From positions 1-52,092 of the forward strand of contig JAXLNO010000103.1 of assembly GCA_038087875.1 (NCBI GenBank): a DNA stretch of 52,092 nucleotides, read 5' to 3'. This document shows positions 1 through 13,180 of this stretch, piece after piece. Numbering within the stretch: position 1 is the first letter of the stretch; each line of letters opens with the position of its first letter. The position numbers were made by a program, and so were the translations under genes. The notes under the pieces are model-generated. The model was not told the DNA's origin. It ran no database searches and worked only from the letters and a program-made list of their open reading frames with translations. The DNA comes from Malacoraja senta (taxonomy: Eukaryota).

Positions 1-3000
1 TGATTTTCTCCGATTTTCTCCTATTTTCTCCGAAAACGACGCCATCTTTTTTTCCCGATTTTCTCCGAAAACGACGCCATCTTTTTTTCGCCGATTTTCT
101 CCGATTTTTTCCGAAAACGACGCCATCTTTTTTTCAGCGGATTTTCACCCCGGGGTCTGAAGCACGTTCGGGAACAACACCCCGGGGTGTCAAGCAAGTT
201 CGGGGACCAGACCCAACGGGTCTGCACTTGGTCTAGTTATTATACGTTCTGCTTGACGTCCCGCCTTTGATACCGCCCCGCACCCGCGCGGCGCGCAGAA
301 ACGCCAATATTTTTTACCGTTTCTAAAGAGGTTACGTTTATCTTTACGAATAGACGATCCTGATTAAATTTGGTCGTGTTTACGTACGCCTTTTAAAATA
401 AAATACCTCTCCCCCCCCCAAACCAAACATTTCAAAATGTTTAAAAAAACAGCTCAGCCATAGAATGTTAGTAAATATTCCATTGTGTGATGTCACAATG
501 CACAATGGTCACAGATGTCCAATCGGAATGGATCCATTTACATATGCCTTGGCAGCAGCCCCAGCCCCTCCCCCCCAACCCCCGCAGCATTGGGCATTGT
601 GACATCACAAAACGGAACCTTCATTTACATTCTATTGCTGAGACCTGTTTGTTTAACATTTTGAAATGTCCCCATTCCCTATCGCCCCCACACACGTGGC
701 GACGCCCTGCGACACGTGTGACAAATCGAAATGATTCCGTTTACATATGCCTTGGCAGCAGCCCCAGCCCCAGCCCCTCCCCCCCAAACCCACAGCCTGT
801 GTCGAAAGGCGTCGCCACGTGTGTGGGGGGATAGGGAATGGGGACATTTCAAAATGTTTAAAAAAACAGCTCTCAGCAATAGAATGTTAATGAAGGTTCT
901 GTTTTGTGATGTCACAATGCCCAATGCTCAAAGATATCCAATCGAAATGAGTCCGTTTACATATGCCTGCAGCAGCAGCCCCAGCCCCAGCCCCTCCCCC
1001 CACCCCCGCAGCCTGTGTCACGTGTGTGGCAATAGAGAAAGAGGATTGGGGGTGATAGGGAATGGGTAACAGATGGACTGTCCCTACCCCTCCTACTTCA
1101 ACTCTCCCTCCCCACTCTTCCCCCTCTCTCCTCTCCCCCTCCCTCCCCTCCCACACCCTCTCTTCCCCCTCCACCACCCCTCTTCACCCCCATCTCCCCC
1201 CTACCCCCTTCCCCTCTCTCTTGCACCACTCCCCGCTACCCCTCTGCCCCTCACTCACCACTCTTCCCCTCTCCCTCCCCCACCTCTATCCCCCCCCCTC
1301 CCTCTCTTCCCCCTACTCCTCTCCCCTTCCCCTCATCCCCTCTCTCCACCTCTAACATCCCCTCCCCCCCTCCTCCCTTCCTGCCCTTCCCGCTCTCCTC
1401 CCACTCCCCACTCTCCTCCCCGTCCCTCTGCCCCCACCCTGCTCTCTTCTCCCTCACCAATCTCTCCCCTTTCCTCCTCCCCCTCTCTCCTCCCTCCCAT
1501 CCCTCCCCTCTTCTCTCCCCACCCCGTCTCCCTCTCCCCCCTCCCCCCCTCTTCTCTCCCAACCCCGTCGCCACCCTCCACCCTCCCCCACACCTCTCTA
1601 CCCTTCTCCTCGCCTTACCCACCCCTCTCTCCTCCCCCTCTCCATCCCCTTCTCCTCACCCCTCTCCCTCTCATCCCCCTCCTCCTCCCACCCCCATTAC
1701 TCTCTCCCACATCCCCCTTCCCTCTCTCACCCCGTCCCCTTCCCCCTACCTCGCTATCCCTCTTCAACCACCCCCCCTACACCTCTCCCCCTCCCTCTCT
1801 CCCACTTCCACCACTCCCCCTACACCTCTCCATCTCCCTCCCCATTCTTCCACTTAACTCCCAAACCCATCCCCATCTCCCTCCACAACCCCCTCCCCCA
1901 CCCCTCTCCCCCCTCCCTTCTCTCTCACTCCCCACTCTTCCACTCTCCCTCCCCCACCTCTATCCCTCCCCCCTCCTTCTCTTCCTCTCTTCCCCCTACT
2001 CCTCTCCCCTTCCCCTCATCCCCTCTCTCCACCTCTAACATCCCCTCCCCCCCTCTCCTCCCTTCCTGCCCTCCCCGCTCTCCTACCACACTCCTCCCCC
2101 TCCCTCTCCCCCACCCTGCTCTCTTCTCCCTCACCAATTTCTCCCCTTTCCTCCTCCCCCTCTCCTCTTCTCTCCCCACCCCGTCTTCCTCTCCACCCCT
2201 CCCCCCGCCTGTGTTTGGGGGATGGTTAGTGTGAGTGTGATGCCGCAGCCCCCCTCCCCTCCCGCAAACACGCGTTGGGAAAACAGCCCGCCAACAGTGT
2301 CTCTGTCTTTAAGACAGAACTGCAGATGCTTGAAAATCAAAGGTACACAAAAAAAATGCTTCATAACCTCAGCGGGTGCAGCAGCATCTATGTATCAAAA
2401 TAAATAGACAACGTTTCGTGAAAACCCGTCTGAGGATGGGTTTCCGCCAATAGCATTGCCTATTTCCTTCACTCCATAGATGCTGCTGCACCCGCAGTGT
2501 TTCTCGAGTTTTATTGTGTGTACCAGTCTATCTGTCTCTCCCCTCTCTCTCTCTCTCTGCCCTTCTCTCTTCATAGCCCGCGACTCAACTCATGCACGCC
2601 TGCTCCAACCCACCCCCTTCACCTCTCTCCCCATCCTCTTCTTCCTCTCTCCACCCCTCTCCTCTCTCACCCTCCTCTCTCCCCACCTTCCTCACCCCCC
2701 TTCCTCTCAACCCTCCTCCTCCCCCACCTCACAAATTTTGTTTCTAACATTAAATTTTCTCTCTCTGCACCACCCCCCCTCGAGACGTACCTGAGAGGTG
2801 AGGGCTATTCGTCAGTGGATAGGGTGGAGATGGAATAAAAGAAGAAAATTAAAATATTAATATAATATCAAGGGGTGTGATGAGTGTGTGTGTTTGTGGG
2901 TGCCAGATTCACACCCCGCAACCCTGCTTTGGAGGTACAGACCCAACGGGTGGTTAGTGTGACGTCACAGCCCCCCGCCCCAAACGCACGTTCGGTGTCC

Positions 3001-6000
3001 AGACCCAACGGGTCTGCACTTGGTCTGCACTCCCCACTCTTCCATCTCCCTCCCCACCTCTCTACCTCCACCCTCCCTCTCTCCCTCTCTTCCCCTACTC
3101 ACTCCCCTTCCCCTCATCCCCTCCCCCCCTCTCCCCCCTTCCTGCCCTCCCCGCTCTCCTCCCACTCCAAACTCTCCTCACCCTCCCCCTCTCCCCTCCG
3201 TCCCCCTCTTCCCTCCCCTCCCTCCCCTCTTCTCTCCCCACCCCGTCTCCTTTCTCCCCCCTCCCCTCCTCTCCTCAACCCCGTCTCCCTCTCCCCCCCT
3301 CCCCCCGCCTGTGTGTTTGAGGGGTGGTTAGTGTGAGTGTGATGCCGCAGCCGCAGCCCCCCCCCCCAAACGCAAGGTAAACAAAAAAATGAAGTATAAA
3401 CTCAGCGGATGCAGCAGCATCTTTGGATCGAAGGAAATAGGCAATGTTTCATAACAAAACACGTCTGAAGATGGGTTTCGGCCACAAACATTGACTATTT
3501 CCTTCGCTCCATAGATGCTGCTGCACCCGCTGAGTTTCGCCAGCTTTTTTTTGTGTACCAATCTCTCTGTCTCTCCCTCTCTCTCTCTCTCGGCCCTTCT
3601 CTCTTCACAGCCCGCAGCTCAACTCATGAACACCCACTCAACCCCCCCCTTCACCTATCTCCCACATCCTCTCCTTCCTCTCTCCACCCCTCCTCTCTCC
3701 CCCTCCTCTCTCCCCCTCCTCCCCCACCCTTCCACTCCCCCCTTCCTCTCCACCCTCCTCCTCCCCCTCTTCAAATTTGTTTGGGGGGTGGTTAGTGTGT
3801 GTGATCCCGCACCCCCCCCCACCCCCCCACCCCGCAAACACGCGTTGGGGAAACAGCCCGCAAACAGTCTCTCTGTATTTAAGAAGGAACTGCAGATGCT
3901 GAAAAATCGAAGGTACACAAAAAAAAATGGATAAACTCAGCGGGTGCATCAAAATCTATGGATCTAAGGAAATAGGCAACGTTTCGGGACAAAACGCGTC
4001 TGAAGATGGGCTCCGGCCCATAGCGTTGACTATTTCATTCGCTCCATAGATGCTGCTGCACCCGCTGAGTTTCTCCAGCTTTTTTTGTGTACCAGTCTCT
4101 CTGTCTGTCCTCTCTCTCTCTCTCTCTGCCCTTCTCTCTTCACAGCCCGCTGCTCGATTCATGCATGCATGCTCCAAACCCTCCCTCTTCACCTCTCTCC
4201 CCAATCCTCTCCTTCCTCTCTCCACCCCCTCCTCTCTCCCCATCCTCTCTCCCCCTCCTCTCCCACCTTTCCTCTCCCACTACTCCTCCCCCTCTTCAAT
4301 TAAAAAAAATATATAACATTAAATTTTCTCTCTCTGCCCCCCCCCCTCTAGACACACCTGAGAGGTGAGGGCTATGCGTCAGTGGATAGGGTGGAGATGG
4401 ATAAAAGAAGCAAATTAAAAAATTAAGATAATATCAAGGGTTGTGATGAGTGTGTGTGTTTGTGGGTGCCAGATTCCCAACCCGCAACCGAGCTTTGGTG
4501 GAAAGGGGGTGGTTAGTGTGACGCCACAGCACCCACCCACTCCCACCCGCAAACGCACGTTCGGTGTCCAGACCCAACGGGTCTGCACTTGGTCTAGTTA
4601 TTATATAAAACTCTCTGGCTGTCGTCCGTCTGTACGTCTGTACGTCCAACGTTCTGCTTGACGTCCCGCCTTTGATACCGCCCCGCGCCCGCGCGGCGCG
4701 CGGAAACGCCGATATTTTTTACCGTTTCTAAAGAGGTTACGTTTATCTTTACGAATAGACGATCCTGATTAAATTTGTTCGTGTTTATGTACGCTTTTTA
4801 AAATAAAATACCTCTCCCCCCCCCAAACCAAACATTTCAAAATGTTTTAAAAAACAGCTCAGCCGTAGAATGTTAGTAAAGATTCCGTTGTGTGATGTCA
4901 CAATGCACAATGGTCACAGATGTCCAATCGGAATGGATCCATTTACATATGCCTTTGCGGCGGCCCCAGCCCCAGCCCCTCCCCACCAACCCCCGCAGCA
5001 TTGGGCATTGTGACATCACAAAACGGAACCTTCATTTACATTCTATTGCTGAGAGCTGTTTGTTTAACATTTTGAAATGTCCCCATTCCCTATCACCCCC
5101 ACACACGTGGTGACGCCCTGCGACACGTGTGACAAATCGAAATTAATCCGTTTACATATGCCTTGGCAGCAGCCCCAGCCCCAGCCCCTCCCCCCCCCAA
5201 CCCCACAGCCTGTGATTACGTTTATCTTTACGAATAGACAACCCTGATTAAATTTGGTCGTTTCTATGTACACTTTTAAAAATAAAATACTTCTCCCCCC
5301 CCCCACCCCCAAAGATTTCAAAATGATTAAAAAAACAGCTCAGCCATAGAATGTTAGTAAAGATTCCGTTGTGTGATGTCACAATGCCCGATGCTAACAG
5401 ATGTCCAATGGGAATGGATTCATTTAGATATGCCTTGGCAGCAGCCCCAGCCCCAGCCCCTCCCCCCCAACCCCACAGCCTGTGTCGAAGGGCGTCGCCA
5501 CGTGTGTGGGGGTGATAGGGAATGGGGACATTTCAAAATGTTTAAAAAAACAGCTCTCAGCAATAGAATGTTAATGAAGGTTCCGTTTTGTGATGTGACA
5601 ATGCCCAATGCTCAAAGATATCCAATCGGAATGAATCCGTTTACATATGCCTTGGCAGCAGCCCCAGCCCCAGCCCGTCCCCCCACCCCCCCGCAGCCTG
5701 TGTCGAAGGGCGTCGTCACGTGTGTGACAATAGAGAAAGAGGATTGGGGTGATAGGGAATGGGTAACAGATGGACTGTCCCTACCCCTCCTACTTCAACA
5801 CTCCCTCCCCACTCTTCCCCCTCTCCCCTCTCCCCCTCCCTCCCTCCCACACCCTCTCTTCCCCCTCCACCACCCCTCTTCACCCCCATCACCCCCGTAC
5901 CCCCTTCCCCTCTCTCTTGCGCCACTCCCCGCTACCCCTCTGCCCCTCACTCACCACTCTTCCCCTCTCCCTCCCCCACCTCTATCCCGCCCCCCTCCCT

Positions 6001-7098
6001 CTCTCCCTCTCTTCCCCCTACTCCTCTCCCCTTCCCCTCATCCCCTCTCTCCACCTCTAACATCCCATCCCCCCTCCCCCCTTCCTGCCCTCCCCGCTCT
6101 CGTCCCACTCCCCACCCTCCTCCCCGTCCCTCTCCCCCCACCCTGCTCTCTTCTCCCTCACCAATCTCACCCCTTTCCTCCTCCCCCTCTCCCCTCCCTC
6201 CCCCTCTCCTCTTCTCTCCCCACCCCGTCTCCCTCTCCCATCTTCTCTCCCCACCCCGTCTTCCTCTCCACCCCTCCCCCCACCTGTGTTTGGGGGGTGG
6301 TTAGTGTGAGTGTGATGCCGCAGCCCCCCACCCTCCCGCAAACGCGCGTTGGGAAAACAGCCCGCCAACAGTCTCTCTGTCTTTAAGACAGAACTGCAGA
6401 TGCTTGAAAATCAAAGGTACACAAAAAAAAGCTTCATAACCTCAGCGGGTGCAGCAGCATCTATGTATCAAAAGAAATAGACAACGTTTCGTGAAAACCC
6501 GTCTGAGGATGGGTTTCCGCCAAAAGCATTGCCTATTTCCTTCACTCCATAGATGCTGCTGCACCCGCAGTGTTTCTCGAGTTTTATTGTGTGTACCAGT
6601 CTATCTGTCTCTCCCCTCTCTCTCTCTGCCCTTCTCTCTTCACAGCCCGCGACTCAACTCATGCACGCCTGCTCCAACCCACCCCCTTCACCTCTCTCCC
6701 CATCCTCTTCTTCCTCTCTCCACCCCTCTCCTCTCTCACCCTCCTCTCTCCCCACCTTCCTCACCCCCCTTCCTCTCAACCCTCCTCCTCCCCCACCTCA
6801 CAATTTTTTTTCCTAACATTAAATTTTCTCTCTCTGCACCACCCCCCCCTCGAGACGTACCTGAGAGGTGAGGGCTATTCGTCAGTGGATAGGGTGGAGA
6901 TGGAATAAAAGAAGAAAATTTAAATATTAATATAATATCAAGGGGTGTGATGAGTGTGTGTGTTTGTGTGTGCCAGATTCACACCCCGCAACCCTGCTTT
7001 GGAGGTACAGACCCAACGGGTGGTTAGTGTGACGTCACAGCCCCCCGCCCCAAACGCACGTTCGGTGTCCAGACCCAACGGGTCTGCACTTGGTCTAG

Positions 7099-7555
7099 TA
7101 TACTTTTAAAACTCTCTGGCTGTCGTCCGTCTGTACGTCTGTACGTCCCAACGCCGCCTTTGATACCGCCCCTGGCCCACACGGCGCGCGGAAAGGCCCA
7201 TATTTTTTACCATTTCCAAAGAGATGACATTTATCTTTACGAATAGCCACTCCTGATTAAATTCGGTCCTGCTTATGTACACGTTTTTTAATAAAATCCA
7301 TCCCCCCCCCACCCCCATGTGATTTTCTCCGATTGTCTCCGATTTTCTCCGAAAACGACGCCATCTTTTTTTCGCCGATTTTCTCCGAAAACGACGCCAT
7401 CTTTTTTTCGCCGATTTTCTCCGATTTTTTCCAAAAACGACGCCATCTTTTTTTCCACGATTTTCACCCCGGGGTCTGAAGCACCTTCGGGAACAACACC
7501 CCGGGGTGTCAAGCACGTTCGGGGACCAGACCCAACGGGTCTGCACTTGGTCTAG
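7099..7555 (+). mobile_element. Short (~460 bp) non-autonomous Helitron unit; siblings at 1-236 (partial), 31277-31740 and 34917-35344 (rearranged)
   Basis: Head TATACTTTTAAAACTCTCTGGC, internal ~33-bp repeats CCGATTTTCTCCGAAAACGACGCCATCTTTTTT, palindrome ACACCCCGGGGTGT, terminal hairpin + CTAG. Confidence 0.85.
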
Positions 7556-10500
7556 TATACTTTTAAAACTCTCTGGCTGTCGTCCGTCTGTACGTCTGTA
7601 CGTCCAACGTTCTGCTTGACTTCCCGCCTTTGATACCGCCCCGCGCCCGCACGGCGCGCGGAAACACCGATATTTTTTACCGTTTCTAAAGAGGTTACGT
7701 TTATCTTTACGAATAGACGATCCTGATTAAATTTGTTCGTGTTTACGTACGCTTTTAAAAATAAAATACCTCTCCCCCCCAAACCAAACATTTCAAAATG
7801 TTTAAAAAAACAGCTCAGCCATAGAATGTTAGTAAAGATTCCATTGTGTGATGTCACAATGCACAATGGTCACAGATGTCCAATCGGAATGGATCCATTT
7901 ACATATGCCTTGGCAGCAGCCCCAGCCCCTCCCCCCCAACCCCCGCAGCATTGGGCATTGTGACATCACAAAACGGAACCTTCATTTACATTCTATTGCT
8001 GAGAGCTGTTTGTTTAACATTTTGAAATGTCCCCATTCCCGATCGCCCCCACACACGTAGCGACGCCCTGCGACACGTGTGACAAATCGAAATGAATCCG
8101 TTTACATATGCCTGTGCAGCAGCAACAGCACCAGCCCCTCCCCCCCCAACCACACAGACTGTGTCGAAGGGCGTCGTCACGTGTGTGGCAATAGAGAAAG
8201 AGGATTGGGGGTGATAGGGAATGGGTAACAGATGGACTGTCCCTACCCCTCCTACTTCAACTCTCCCTCCACACTCTTCCCCCTCTCTCCTCTCCCCCTC
8301 CCTCCCCTCCCACACCCTCTCTTCCCCCTCCACCACCCCTCTACACCCCCAACTCCCAGCCACCCCATTCACCTCTCTCTTGCACCACTCCCTGCTACCC
8401 CTCTGCCCCTCACTCTCCCACTCCCCTCCTCTCCCCACCCCATCTCCCTCTCCCCCATTCCCCCTGCCTGTGTGTTTGGGGGGTGGTTAGTGTGAGTGTG
8501 ATGCCGCAGCCGCAGCCCACCCCCACACCAAACGCAAGGTAAACAAAAAAATGAAGCATAAACTCAGCGGGTGCAGCAGCATCTTTGGATCGAAGGAAAT
8601 AGGCAATGTTTCATAACAAAACACGTCTGAAGATGGGTTTCGGCCACAAACATTGACTATTTCCTTCGCTCCATAGATGCTGCTGCACCCGCTGAGTTTC
8701 ACCAGCTTTTTTTTGTGTACCAGTCTCTCTGTCTCTCCCCTCTCTCTCTCTCTCTGCCCTTCTCTCTTCACAGCCCGCAGCTCAACTCATGAACACCCAC
8801 TCAACCCCCCCTTCACCTATCTCCCACATCCTCTCCTTCCTCTCTCCACCCCCTCCTCTCTCCCCCTCCTCCCCCACCCTTCCTCTCGCCCCTTCCTCTC
8901 CACCCTCCTCCTCCCCCTCTTAGGTACGCTTAATGTCACAATGCCCAATGCTCAAAGATGTCCAATCGGAATGAACCAATTTACATATGCCTTTGCAGCA
9001 GCAACAGCACCAGCCCCTCCCCCCCACCCCCGCAGCCTGTGTCGAAGGGCGTCGTCACGTGTGTGGCAATAGAGAAAGAGGATTGGGGGTGATAGGGAAT
9101 GGGTAACAGATGGACTGTCCCTACCCCTCCTACTTCAACTCTCCCTCCACACTCTTCCCCCTCTCTGCTCTACCCCTCCCTCCCCTCCCACACCCTCTCT
9201 TCCCCCTCCACCACCCCTCTTCACCCCCATCTCCCCCCTACCCCCTTCCCCTCTCTCTTGCACCACTCCCCGTTACCCCTCTGCCCCTCACTCCCCACTG
9301 TTCCCCTCTCCCTCCCCCTCCCTCTCTTCCCCCTACTCCTCTCCCCTTCCCCTCATCCCCTCCCCCCCTCCCTGCCCTCCCTGCTCTCCTCCCACTCCCC
9401 ACTCTCCTCCCCCTCCCTCTCACCTACCCTGATCTCCTCTCCCTCCCCAATCTCTCCCCTTTCCTCTTCCCCCTCTCCCCTCCCTCCCCCTCTCCTCTTC
9501 TCTCCCCACCCCGTCTCCCTCTCCCCTCTTCTCTCCCCACCACGTCTTCCTCTCCACCCTCCCCCGCCTGTGTTTGGGGGGTGGTTAGTGTGAGTGTGAT
9601 GCCGCAGCCCACCCCCCCCCTCCCGCAAACGCGCGTTGGGAAAACAGCCCGCCAACAGTCTCTCTGTCTTTAAAATATTAATATAATATCAAGGGGTGTG
9701 ATGAGTGTGTGTGTTTGTGGGTGCCAGATTCACACCCCGCAACCCTGCTTTGGAGGTACAGACCCAACGGGTGGTTAGTGTGACGTCACAGCCCCCGCCC
9801 CAAACGCACGTTCGGTGTCCAGACCCAACGGGTCTGCACTTGGTCTGCACTCCCCACTCTTCCCCTCTTACTCCCCACCTCTCTCCCTCCACCCTCCCTC
9901 TCTCCCTCTCTTCCCCCTACTCCTCTCCCCTTCCCCTCATCCCCTCCCCCCCTCTCCCCCCTTCCTGCCCTCCCCGCTCTCCTCCCACTCCAAACTCTCC
10001 TCACCCTCCTCTCACCCACCCTGATCTCCTCTCCTTCCCCAATCTCTCCCCTTTCCTCCTCCCCCTCTCCCCTCCGTCCCCCTCTTCCCTCCCCTCCCTC
10101 CCCTCTTCTCTCCCCACCCCGTCTCCTTCTCTCCCCTTCCCCTCCTCTCCCCAACCCCGTTTCCCTCTCCCCCACTCCCCCCGCCTGTGTGTTTGGGGGG
10201 TGGTTAGTGTGAGTGTGATGCTGCAGCCGCAGCCCCCCACCCCCAAACGCAAGGTAAACAAAAAAATGAAGTATAAACTCAGCGGGTGCAGCAGCATCTT
10301 TGGATCGAAGGAAATAGGCAATGTTTCATAACAAAACACGTCTGAAGATGGGTTTCAGCCACAAACATTGCCTATTTCCTTCGCTCCATAGATGCTGCTG
10401 CACCCGCTGAATTTCACCACCTTTTTTGGGTGTACCAGTCTCTCTGTCTCTCCCCTCTCTCTCTCTCTCTGCCCTTCTCTCTTCACAGCCCGCAGCTTAA

Positions 10501-12948
10501 CTCATGAACACCAGCTCAAAACACCCCCCTTCACCTATCTCCAACATCCTCTCCTTACTCTCTCCACACCCACCTCTCTATCCCCCTTCCTCGCACCCCT
10601 TCCTCTCTCCCCCTTCCTCTCTCCCCCCTTCCTCTCCACCCTCCTCCTCCCCCTCTTCAATTTTTTTAATTCTAACTCTGCCCCCCCCCCTCTAGACGCA
10701 CCTGAGAGGTGAGGGCTATTCGTCAGTGGATAGGGTGGAGATGGGATAAAAGAAGCAAATTAAAAAATTAAGATAATACCAAGGGTTGTTATGAGTGTGT
10801 GTTTTCGTGGGTGCCAGATTCCCACCCCGCAACCGTGCTTTGGAGCAAAGGGGGTGGTTACTGTGTCGCCACAGCACCCCCCCCCACCCGCAAACGCACG
10901 TTCGGTGTCCAGACCCAACGGGTCTGCACTTGGTCTAGTATACTTTTAAAACTCTCTGGCTGTCGTCCGTCCGTGCGGCTGTACGTCCAACGTTCTGCTT
11001 GCCGCCGCCCTTTGACACCGCCCCGCGCCCACACAGCTCGCGGAAACGCCGATATTTTTTACCGTTTCTAAAGAGGTTACGTTTGTCTTTACGAATATAC
11101 GATCCTTATTAAATTTGGTCGTGTCTACATACGCTTTTTAAAATAAAATACCTCTCCCCCCCCCCCAAACCAAACATTTCAAAATGTTTTAAAAAACTGC
11201 TCAGCCATAGAATGTTAGTAAAGATTCCGTGTGTGATGTCAAAATGCACAATGCTCACAGATGTCCAATCGGAATGGATCCATTTACATATGCCTTGGCA
11301 GCAGCCCCAGCCCCTACCCCCCAACCCCCGCAGCATTGGGCATTGTGACATCACAAAACGGAGCCTTCATTTACATTCTATTGCTGAGAGCTGTTTGTTT
11401 AACATTTTGAAATGTCCCCATTCCCTATCAGCACCAGCCCCTCCCCCCCAACCCCGCAGCCTGTGATTACGTTTATCTTTACGAATAGACAACCCTGATT
11501 AAATTTGGTCGTGTTTATGTACGCTTTTTAAAATAAAATACTTCTCCCCCCAAACCAAACATTTCAAAATGATTAAAAAAACAGCTCAGCCATAGAATGT
11601 TAGTAAAGATTCCGTTGTGTGATGTCACAATGCCCGATGCTAACAGATGTCCAATCGGAATGGATTCATTTAGATATGCCTTGGCAGCAGCCCCAGCCCA
11701 GCCCCTCCCCCCACCCCCGCAGCCCCATTCCCTATCACCCCCACCAACCCGAGGATTGGGGGTGATAGGGAATGGGGAACAGATGGACTGTCACTACCCC
11801 TCATACTTCAACTCTCCCTCCACACTCTTCCCCCTCTCTTCTGCCCCACTCCCTCCCCTCCCACACCCTCTCTGCCCCCTCCACCACCCCTCTTCACCCC
11901 CATCTCCACCCCACCCCCTTCCCCTCTCTCTTGCACCAATCCCCGCTACCCCTCTGCCGCTCACTCACCACTCTTCCCCTCTCCCTCCCCCCTCCCTCTC
12001 TTCACCACTCTCCTCCCCTCCCTCTCCCCCACCCTGCTCTCTTCTCACTCACCAATCTCTCCCCTTTCCTCCTCCCCCTCTCCCCTCCCTCCCCCTCTCC
12101 TCTTCTCTCCCCACCCCGTCTCCCTCTCCCCCTTCTCTCCCCACCCCGTCTTCCTCTCCCCTCTTCTCTCCCCACCCCGACTGTACCTACCCCTCCTACT
12201 TCCACTCTCCCTCCCCACTCTTTCCCCTCTCTCTCGCCCCCCTCCCCTCCCACACCCTCTCTTACTCCTCCACCACCCCTCTTCACCCCATCTCCCCCCC
12301 ACCCCCTTCCCCTCTCTCTTGCACCACTCCCCGCAACCCCTCACTCCCAACTCTTCCACTCACCCTCCCCCACCTCTCTCCATCCCCCTCCCTCTCTTCC
12401 ACCTACTCCTCTGCCCTTCCACTCATCCCTCCCCTCCACCCCCTCCCCCCTCTCCCCCCTTCCTGCCCTCCCAGCTCTCCTCCCACTCACCACTCCTCCC
12501 CCTCCCTCTCCCCCACCCTACTCTCTTCAACCTCAACAATCTCTCCCATTTCATCCTCCCCCTCTACCCTCCCTCCCCCTCTCCTCTTCTCTGCACACCC
12601 CAGTCTCTCTGTCTCTCCCCTCTCTCTCTCTCTCTGCCCTTCTCTCTTCACAGCCCGCAGCTCAACTCATGAACACCCACTCAACCCCCCCCCCTTCACC
12701 TATCTCCCACATCCTCTTCTTCCTCTCTCCACCCCCTCCTCTCTCCCCCTCCTCTCTCCCTCTCCTCCCCCACCCTTCCTCTCCCCCCTTCCTCTCCACC
12801 CTCCTCCTCCCCCTCTTCAAATTTGTTTGGGGGGTGGTTAGTGTGAGTGTGATCCCGCACCCCCCACCCCGCAAACGCGCGTTGGGGAAACAGCCCGCAA
12901 ATAGTCTCTCTGTATTTAAGAAGGAACTGCAAATGCTGGAAAATCGAA

Positions 12949-13131
12949 GGTACACAAAAAAAAATGGAGAAACTCAGCGGGTGCAGCAAAATCTATGGAT
13001 CTAAGGAAATATGCAACGTTTCGGGACAAAACACTTCTGAAGATGGGCTTCGGCCCAAAGCGTTGACTATTTCCTTCGCTCCATAGATGCTGCTGCACCC
13101 GCTGAGTTTCTCCAGCTTTTTTTTGTGTACC
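12949..13131. repeat. Fold-back module derived from Penelope-like terminal repeat / hammerhead sequence (representative of ~13 copies in the array)
   Basis: GGTACAC...AAACTCAGCGGGTGCAGCA...AAGGAAAT arm inverted against ATTTCCTTCGCTCCATAGATGCTGCTGCACCCGCTGAGTTTCTCC...GTGTACC. The centre CTGAAGA-T-GGGCTTCGGCCC-AAAG-CGTTG resembles a degenerate CUGANGA/stem II/GAAA core. Confidence 0.7.
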
Positions 13132-13147
13132 AGTCTCTCTGTCTCTC

Positions 13148-13180
<33 letters not shown>

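Noticed and set aside
7320..7460. Regularly spaced ~33-bp repeats resembling a CRISPR array
   Set aside because: They are tandem with no unique spacers, there are no cas genes, and the context is a eukaryotic TE.
13037..13065. Active hammerhead ribozymes
   Set aside because: The conserved GAAA is mutated in the copies inspected (AAAG here, GAGA in the free copy at ~52060), so they are reported only as relics.
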